64,000 nucleotides of DNA from Lama guanicoe (Eukaryota), in assembly GCA_013239625.1 (NCBI GenBank), contig MU054026.1, forward strand, positions 310,001-374,000. The letters run 5' to 3'. Numbering within the stretch: position 1 is the first letter of the stretch; every line of letters begins with the position of its first letter. This document shows, in pieces, positions 54,476 to 64,000 of the stretch. A model generated the notes under the pieces. That model was not told the origin of the DNA and did no database searches. It saw only the letters and a list, made by a program, of their open reading frames with translations. The position numbers and the translations under genes were made by a program.

Positions 54476-57400
54476 TTTTTAGAAGGGAAGAGGATATACT
54501 ATGTGTGTTTTCAGAAGTAAAATTAAAATATTCCTCCAAAGACTTCTCTGTGAAATGAAAATTTACTTCCCGACCTGTTACGTGATAGGACAGTGTCTCC
54601 CAGGACATTTTCCTGGCAGCAGGGCTGGTCTTGCTCTGTCTGGAAAAAGGAATCCTAATGAAAAATGGTTTAATGCAGTACCAGCTAGGGAATAATTCAG
54701 ATCCCCTCTATCAGTCAGTCTACAACAAGCCACATTTAATGGTGGCCTTGAAAAGCCCTTGGGGCCTTTAAAGCTTTGAGATGCACAGTCATCTCAGTCT
54801 CCTTCAAACTCCTCCTTTAAACTTAAGCTGCTGACAATGATGTGTATATGTAGATTTTCTGAAGGTGGTTTTGAATCCTCTGGAAGGCAAAGACTGCAAA
54901 CTTATGCTGGCTATTTATACACACGTAAGGCCACCGGGGAAGGGGGAACACTCAGTGTTGACACAGAGCATTGCTGGATATTGAGTTTTAGTAATTCCTA
55001 ATAAGGTAGACTAATCTAGTAATTTTTTTTGACTTATTAATTTTTATAGGGAGAATGTGTTCTCAAACGTGACCCAATAGCTGATGCTAACCTGCAGGGC
55101 CTGTGGGGTACAGGGTGACTCTTCTCAAGCCTCGGTTTATAATGGAGTGCTGATCCCAAAGAACAATTATTATCAAAGACCTTTTTTAAAAAAATCATTT
55201 TGAATTCATAGTGGTGTCTGAATTTCAAGAAGCAAAACACAGCATTTATTAAGGTGGATAGTTGTATATGTATTTAATCATCGTAAAATTTAAACACTGA
55301 AATGGATAATATAGTATATTCTTATATATAATTCCCTCATGTTCAGCAGTTGCCAACTCACAGCCAATTTTGCTCCATCTTTAACCCCAGTTGTTCTCTC
55401 CTCCCCATGCCCGACCTGCTACTAGATTATTTTGAGGCAAATCTCAGATATTTTGAGGATGGGATGTTTTTCACTCTTCTGTCAAATAGTAATTCTTAGC
55501 ATCGTGATTCAGCATGGTATCCTCTCCTTCATTGTCTTTACTGTATCACAAGTGAAAAAAAATTATTACAATATTTATTTGAAATAATGAAATATTTATT
55601 TTGAAATTCAGTAGAAATCTCACTGAAGTCATTAAGTTTCCATCTGTGTTTGTCGTGAGTCAGAGTTTAGATAAAAGCCTCTGGGCTGTAGTCAGGACAG
55701 CCCCTCAGCGTGAGTTCAGAAACAAAAATTGTAAGTCATCATTTTTGATGCTTCGCTTGCAAGCTTAGAGGCTAAGCATTTGACTGTCTCTGGAGTTAAC
55801 AGTATTCATGCAAGTACTGACCTGTTTCTGTTGTTCTGAGGTGGAGGATAATGATAGGAATACGGCATGTATCCTAAGCTGCAAAATATGGTGGTTAGAT
55901 TTTTTTTTTTTGTAAGGTTTTAGAGATACAGCATAAACAGCATAGTAGTTACATCATCTATGGATTTCCCTTCCTCTGAATTTAGCTCAGTAAGAAGAAA
56001 AAACTATGTGGGGCAAAGTTTTGAAAACTACTCATACACGTAAGCAGAAGATTGTACATTTCCATTATGTAAATTTCATATGAAGATCATTCATGTTGTA
56101 CCATTCGTTTCTAAGTGGTTTAAAATGTCCCCTTGCTGTTGCTTCATCTGTGGAGTACTGTATTTATGGTGTTACAAACTTCATGTGATTTTCTTTTTGG
56201 TATTGCAAGGGATGATGTAATTGTAGACTATATATAATAATATATATTATAATCATAGCGTGAAAATATACGTCAGAGATCCTTTTGTCTAAGTATCCAC
56301 ATCTTGAGCGGCTGGAAAACTTGAGTGAAAAATACTGTGTTTTATATTTGCACAGTCTGATTTTTCCAATATATCATAGTCTCTCCAGTAGCCTTGCCTT
56401 TGTCACTTCATCGTCCCAGAGGCGTCTTCCTCCTGTCCCTCCTGTGAGCTGTAGCACAGACCTCACCATCTCTGGGAAACCTCTCTTAACCATCCCTGGA
56501 AGCAAGTCGTATTTTTGTTTCTTTCATCTTTTTTTTTTTTTTTTCTGATTTGCTTTGCTTTTAAATAGTAACAACATCACTCCTCCAACTGTTTTTTATC
56601 CCCAGAAAGGTAGCCACTCATATCTCTCTTCATGTATTCTCTATGCAAATTGCAAGCATACATAATGCACGTACAGTGTATATATACCCCTTTTTAAAAA
56701 TTAACATAAAGAGGAATATCCCATATTGTTAAAAACTTGCCTTATTAATAACTGAACAGTATAATCTTAGACATTTTCTCATCCCCGCAGCACATACATT
56801 TTGCGTCCGTAAAACCTGGAATTATAGGCAAATGAATATCAAGGCCAAGGATGCTAAATGTACTTTTAATCTATAGAAAAACACTGTGTTTTTAGACTTT
56901 ATGGACGCCTGTAGATCTACCTTATTCTTTTTAAACAGCAGCATAGTATTTTACTACAAGTTTATTTTATAATTTATTTAACCAGTTACCCTCTCCTGAT
57001 ACTCGGTTGTATTATTTGTGATCTTTTCTGTAACTGTATTTTAGTGAACAGACTTGTGTATATATATTTTTCTGTGTTCTTGAATAAGTAGCTTTCACTG
57101 GAATTATTAAATCCAACAATATATGGCTTTTACATTTTGCTGATAACCCTCTATCAATCTTCTCTTTTTATGCTTTTATCATACTGTTAAAAAATTGCAG
57201 TTGCTTTATAACACTAGAAACATGATTGAATAAATACCCTCTTTCTTCTTTTTAAACAATTTTAAAAATAATTTTTGTACATTTATTCTTCCCAAGAATT
57301 TTAGAATAATTTTATCATTTTCTTAAAACTCCACCCAAATACTAAGTGAGATTGCATTAAATGTATATATTACATTAGAGAAAAATTCATGTCTTTATAT

Positions 57401-60256
57401 TAAATCTTCCCTCCTGGACATACATGATTTTTTTTTTATTCAAGTCACAATTTTATATTATCACATTTTTAAAAGTGTATTTATTCTGTAAGAGTTGTTA
57501 GTATTATGAACTGCCTCACCCCTTTTATCTCTTTCTCTCAGTTAAATGGAAAACTATGTTTTTATTTTAATCTTATGCTTTATCTAGTTACTTTAGTGAT
57601 TTCTCTTAATAACTTTAATAGATGTGAGATTGGTCCCTGTATAGCATCATGCAATCTGGAAAACATCCCTGTATAATATATACTATATATGAAATATATG
57701 CTGAATTTCTAATGCTGTGCCAGCCATACGTTTGTAAAGTAAATCCTGTTCAGTGTTTTAATACCTTTCTGAATTTGATTTTTTTAATGTTCTGTTTAGG
57801 AATTTTTAAAACCATATTCCTTACTGCTGTGTGGTTCAAAAGGAGAGATTCCTCATTAGAATTTGAGGAAGATGTAGTATTTGGGATGGACATTGAAGGA
57901 AGAGTAGAGTTTTCAGAGCTGGACATGAGTTTACAGGCCAAGTAGAGAAAGCAATATGAGCAAAAGCAAGGAGATTGAAAAGTCCAGGAAAAACAGAAAG
58001 CATGTCACTTAACAGAAGTGTGAGATGTATGTACTCATGTCTCTGTAACAGTAAATGCCTACTTGAAGGGTTACTCTTAATTCAGTAAGAAATGGGAGTG
58101 ATTTTTGACGTGGAACTTTGCATTTGTATTCTGAAGCATTAGAATTAACTTGTTCTTGAGAAAAATAGTGATTACTGCCTACATAGTATTTCATAGCTCT
58201 TGGAATTACCGAATTGCCTGAGAAAGAAATGTCATTTTTTTTGTTTGTTTTGTTTTACTTGATACTTATGTCCTTTATGCTTGGAGGAATTTTATATTTC
58301 TCAAGATGTGACTATCTAATGAGCAAACAGACTTTATACTTACTTAATTCATTTTCATACAAATGAAGCAAAGTGTAGTTTGAATATGGAGTAGCCAACA
58401 CAATCAGATGGCTATGAGTGATTTAAAAACAGTAGTTTTCTTCTGAATTTTCTCCTTCCTGGGAAATTTAATAACAGTGTAGCCTTTTTGATTGCATGTG
58501 GTAATAAGTCTTTTCTTTAACTGGGAAAACACGCCAGGTGATACATTCAGGAGCGTTTTCGAAGCATACCTGTTAGTGAAAGCTAGCAGTGAAACTGACT
58601 TGTAACACTTCCTAAGAAGGATACTTGTGATTAAATATGTTAGTCAATTGTTTTATGTGATTTGCTATTTTTTTTTTAAGAAAAAGCATGTACGTAGACT
58701 TGTAGCTATCAGATGCCATAAATCTCAAATAAAATTATAGAAAACCAAATGTCTGTTGCTCCAATTAAAAATTTCTTTTTAAAAACAGGACACTTTGGAA
58801 GTGCTTTGATATAGAGTCATTTGATTTCCCTGGCCACTGATATTGATCTATTTGATTAAGAATTCATAAGCCATTTAACCTTTCATTTAATGTTTCTGTG
58901 AAAAAATCATATTTAGTGATAAGATCATGTGTGTTGCTTTTAGTCAGTATTTGGGCAGTTATAAAAAATACTGACTGTGTCAATGTAAGAAAAATTATGG
59001 AAAGTATATATTTGTGGTGTTAAATAAGGAAAAATAGGTTGATGGAAAGTAATCTTTGTCCTCATGGAGTTTGTAATATAGTACAAATGACAGAGGAAGG
59101 AAGTAAGTAATTACAAACGCAGTGGTTGTTGCAAATGCACAAGGAAAGAGTGGTCCGTGGAATATTTGCCAAGGACTTAACCTGGTTTCTGGGCTTAAAA
59201 AGCTGACTAAAATTGAACCAGCAGTCACAAAGTCTCAAAATTCTCTAATTATGAGTTTTTAGGGGCCTGAGTGGCAATTAGCACTGGAAGACAATATGTA
59301 CTTAAACATTTGTTTTGAGTTTTGTGAGTTTCTTCAATTTGTAATAATTTTTAAAAGCAAAATTTGGGTGGGTTTTTTTGTGGTTTTTTGGGGTTTTTTT
59401 GTAGTAGTCATTGGGAAGGGCTAAGAACTACATTTATAGAGTAAAGTAGGGAATATTTCCATTCTGGACATTAAACCTAAAGAGTCTTTTACATTAAGGG
59501 AAAACTCAGAAAAGTAAAAGCTAATTTGTTGACACCATTTTAGTCCTAATTATCTCATTGATTGTCAGTAGAAGTATGGTAAATTCACGCTTAGGAATTT
59601 GTTTTCTTCAAGCCATTATTGATAGTTGGCAGGAAAGTAAACATTTCCTTTAACCAAGAGCGTTAAAAATGTCATTTTTATAGTATTTTCCATTTAAGAA
59701 GCAACCCAAACTCTCTAAAACTTAAGCTTCTAAGGAAAAAAAAATGCAATATTTTTAAAAATCCCAGTCAGAAAATATTATGAAACAAAAACTCTGAAAA
59801 CTTGAAAACTTGGAGTTTCTTATGTGCCTAAAATACCATTATCTGATCTATTGCTGAAAAAGGATCTTTCACTAATTTCTTAGTTTCTTATGTACCATCT
59901 TGATCTTTCATCTTTGTGTTTGTGTTTTTGCCTTGCTTTTGGGATAACACTGTAACAAGGCATTTATCAGTCCCTTACTCTGTGCCAGGCACTATTCTGT
60001 GGCGTTCTTCTATTAATTGATTTAATCTTCACAGCTCAATCTCTGAAATGTATATGATTATGACCATTTTAAAGATGAGGCCCCAGAGAGGCATCAAGAG
60101 GTTAAAAAACCTAGTGGCCTTCCCAAGGTACGGAGCTGATACGTGGTAGATAGAAGTAAACCGTTGGCCAACGTTTAGGAATAATTAGACATAATGTGTC
60201 TATAATCATACTGCATTTCCCCCCTAGTACTAGCTTATTTTTTGTTTGTTTTCCAG

Positions 60257-60411
60257 GATTTGTTGATGTACCTCTTACAGCTGGTCCAGGCTCTCAAATA
60301 TGAAAATTTTGATGACATAAAGAATGGATTGGAACCTACCAAGAAGGATTCTCAGGGCTCAGTGTCAGAGGGTGTGTCGAATTCTGGAATAAATCCTGCA
60401 GAAGTAGAAAG
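60257..60411 (+). CDS. PIK3C3: PIK3C3 coding exon 11 ([52 protein letters not shown])
   Basis: Acceptor ttgttttccag|, donor AG|gtacgg. 155 nt. Confidence 0.98.
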
Positions 60412-62042
60412 GTACGGAGATCCAGGGAGGACGTATTTTCAAATCTGATCTTTTTCCACCTTTTCAAACTGTCTTCTCCTTTTCTTTTTCCCCAGATATA
60501 CCAAACCCTAGTTGGGATCAAGTTGGGAGCTTTACCAATGAATATGGCGTGTGCTCTCACGGAACACAAAACGCTACATTACAGGGCAGTGTTTTGTAGG
60601 CAGTAGGGTCAGAATATGTGAGTTCAAAGCTTGACTCTGCCACTTACTAGCTGGGTAAACTTGTATAAGTATTCTTTGTGTGGCCCTAGTTTCTCGTCTT
60701 AAAAATGGAGATACAGCAATAGTAACTGACCTTTAAGGGTTGTTGAAAGATTAAATAAGTTAATACACATTAAAGCGTTTAGAAAAGTATCTGACACACA
60801 GTTCTTGCTAAATGTTAGATACTGTTATTATTCACGCAAAAATAAAATGAAGGACTAGGCATGTTAGTGAACTCAAATAATTTACTGTGAAGTTGTATTT
60901 TTACTGACTGCTTTTCACCTTTTTAGTGGTTTTTACCTCTTTAGTACTTAAAACTGCATGTTAGTTGAATTGAACGTCAGCTATGAACAGTCAACAATTA
61001 AGAACTCGCACCTCTGTAGCAGACACCATGAGATAGATGCTCCACATACATTAGACTTGTTACGCAGTCCTCTGAGGTAGGCATTCATCTCCCTAGTTTA
61101 GATGTGAAGGACTTAAGGAAAAGTTAAGTAAATTGCCCAAAGTCTTTTATCTTGCAAATTAGGTAGAGTTGACGCCAAAGCTCCTATTCTTTCTACTTTG
61201 CCGTTTTGCTGTTCATAAAGTCTTAAAATTTGAGATAAATAGGAACCTTTGTGTGAGAAATCAGAAGCTTGGTGATACAAAATTGTTCTGTGAAGGTCAT
61301 GAGATTTGGTAATGACAGAATGAGGTCTGGAATTCAGATTATCTGAGTTAGTGTAGTTACTTCAATTATGTGAGTTCAGGGTTACACTTCTGAATTTTTC
61401 TTGATGATAATGCTGTTTTTTAATCTTCTGTTTTTCATTTGGAGGAGAACTGAGAAACAGGAAAAACCATTTCTTTCTTCCACAGACTGCTTCGTTTTTT
61501 TCTGTTAGGAGAAGAGGCCCCTCACATTTTCTCCCACACTACACTGGAGACTTTCAGTCTCCAGTCATATTTATTTACCTTCATCTTACTTATGCCTCCT
61601 AGAATGTTTTATTAGAGGTCTGTTTAAGATTTTATAATAGGATCTAAACTATAACTCAGTATTTCCCAAATTATGGTCTGCTGGTCGCTAATTTGTATGA
61701 TTTTTAAAAAGGTAAAAAAAAAAAGAGTTGGGGTTGTCTTATGGCCAGATATGTTTGAGAAATACTAGCTTAAAGTAAAATGTGCTTTAAAAAAAAAAAA
61801 ACTATACTATTTATCAGAACCTTTAATACTTGCATCTCAACAAGGCTATTTATTACCTCTTTTCTTTGACTATGGAACCTCTTGCTCCAGAGCATAATGT
61901 AACTCTAGTGTTGCACAAAACACAGTTCAGGAAGTGATGCTTTAACAAAGACGGTTGAGGTGAACTTTGCTAAAAAATATGCATCTTCTCTTACAGAAAG
62001 AATAATTTACACATCAGTGAGATCTCCTGTTATTTTTTTCAG

Positions 62043-62133
62043 CTCCCAAATTATAACCAGCCCTCTTCCTCCCGTGTCCTCCCCTCCTCCTGCATCTAAA
62101 ACAAAAGAAAGTTCAGATGGTGAAAATCTGGAG
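62043..62133 (+). CDS. PIK3C3: PIK3C3 coding exon 12 ([30 protein letters not shown]); gene continues beyond window
   Basis: Acceptor tttttttcag|C, donor GAG|gtgagt. 91 nt. Confidence 0.97.
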
Positions 62134-62699
62134 GTGAGTACCAAGCTTGTCAGGTTTCCTATAGGAGAGATCCTACCAGATAAACATTTTATGTTGGTCT
62201 TGAAAACATTGATTTCGATGAATACACTAAATACTACAACTTTATTAAATAACCTGATTTATGATGCATGTTTATCTTATTTAACCTTCAAATTAGGTAA
62301 TATTGTTATTGTATTATGTAATCGGTGAGTATTTAGAGGTACTTACATGGATCCTTATTCACCATTTCTTGTTCTCTGACCTGCAGTATGGGATTTTCTT
62401 TTTGCCCAGTTTTTTCTTCCCTTTTTATGCTTGGTAAATAATTTCTTAATAAAAATGAAACATGTGTCTCTGTTTAAATATATCCATCACTATTACATAC
62501 TTTTATAAAGTATAAATGTCCTCATGTAGTCAAAGATAAACTGCATGCCTGGATTCTGCCTGTTAGACTCACGGATTCAGCCTTATATTATGGCCTCCTG
62601 ATTGAGGTGTTACATTATTAGGTTTTCTAAAAGTTGCACATTTAAAATGCAGTGCAAAGCTTTTAGCTCTAAAACTGGAGATGAGATTCTTACCACCTC

Positions 62700-64000
62700 T
62701 GAAAACACTGACATGTCTGCTTTGTGATAACAACCTCTTACTGTTATGGCTTGCTTTTTAAGTACTCCGACTGCGTTGAAACTTCTAATCCATTGATCTC
62801 TACCCTTTCCTTTCTTTATCAGCCTTCTCCAATATTTGCCTTCCTCCAAATACAGCTTTTATCCATGGCTCATCATTTTAATCATTCTCTTATTAGGCAT
62901 TTCAGTTCCCTTGGCAAAATCATCAACCCTTGATAAGCCTAATGAATTACCTGATTTCTCTGTGCCTGAATATTGCTGAAGAAAAGGACATAACCTAGCA
63001 TGTCGGTATCTCTGTACATTCATGATCACAAACGTTAGGTGCGCACTCGGCGCCGTCTGCCACCTGCATTTCTCTAGAAGGATTGTTCTCCCTGCTCAGC
63101 TGTGACTCTCTTATACCTTATCTACTCTGTCCATGCCCTGCCTCCCAGTCTCCAGATTACAACTCGGCCTCATACTTAATGGAAACAATAGAAGCCACTA
63201 GGTAAGAATGGTCTCAATTTTCCATCACTAGATTTACAGACGTGAATCCTTCCCCGTCCTTTACTTCTGTTTTCTTACACAGAAGAAATACAACTCCCTT
63301 AAAAGATATACACTCTTCTTTTCCTGGTAGAAATATTCAGGTATGTATTACCATCTCCCGTTTTCAGAATTCAGAAATGAAAGCAAAATAAAACAAAACG
63401 AAACAAATTCTCCCTTGACACCACATCCCTCAAAACAGCACCTTATTTTACTTCACTTCATGACCAAACTTCTCAAAGGAGTTGTTCTAACTCCCTTTCT
63501 TTCCAGTCTTTAATTCACATCATTCCGGCCTTTGCGTCCCATCATTATATTAAAATTTACTTCGCTGAAGTGGTAAATGACTTTAATATTCATGGTTGCA
63601 CAGACGTTTCCGTTCCTCCCAGTGTTATTCAACAAAGTAAATGACTCCCTTCTTGAAAAACCAGCTCTTTTCATGGTTTGGCTGATGCCCCGCATCCCCT
63701 GTTTTCCTCTTCACCTCTCTGCCTGTTCCTTCTGGTTGCCTTTGTCAGCACTTTCTCTGCTGCTTGACGTCTTACTGCTCCTCCGGGTCCTCTTCTCTTT
63801 TCAATTTATACTCTTGCCCTAGGCTGTGCTGATAAACTCAAATTTATATTTCTAGCACATTTCTCTCATCTGAGTTTTAGATTCATGTATCCAAATACCT
63901 ACTTGATCTCCGTTGTATATCTGACAGGCATTTCAAACTTAGTATTTCAAAATACAGCTCTCTCTCCCCGCACTCTAGCCCGTCCCTCAACTTGCAATTT
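62700..64000. mobile_element. L2 LINE relic
   Basis: Pyrimidine-rich L2-type motifs (CTCAAATTTATATTTCTAGC...CCAAATACCTACTTGA...TCTGACAGGCATTTCAAACTTA). Similar relics near 9800-10350 and 32500-33000. Confidence 0.7.

Overview
Mammalian genomic DNA, most likely from a camelid: it carries several copies of a short tRNA-derived SINE resembling the camelid Vic-1 type. The window holds about 8 kb of repeat-rich upstream sequence, a CpG-island promoter and coding exons 1-12 of PIK3C3 (VPS34, class III PI3-kinase catalytic subunit) on the + strand. The 12 exons (68+189+144+130+87+96+72+105+93+186+155+91 = 1416 nt, 472 codons) splice via GT-AG introns into one open frame covering the C2 and helical regions. 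The gene continues past the window. The introns are filled with L1, L2, MIR, solo LTR and DNA-transposon relics. The main anomaly is a 436-bp segment present twice with no mismatch that I could find (9684-10119 and 11770-12205, offset 2086). The two copies form a direct repeat bracketing the frame-symmetric exon 2. The unit is not a young transposon, has no clean target-site duplication, and contains a candidate 87-nt stop-containing cryptic exon. It may be a very recent templated duplication, an assembly artefact or an edited sequence. Repeat family names and comparisons to human VPS34 are from memory, not from a database search. Boundaries of old repeats are approximate.
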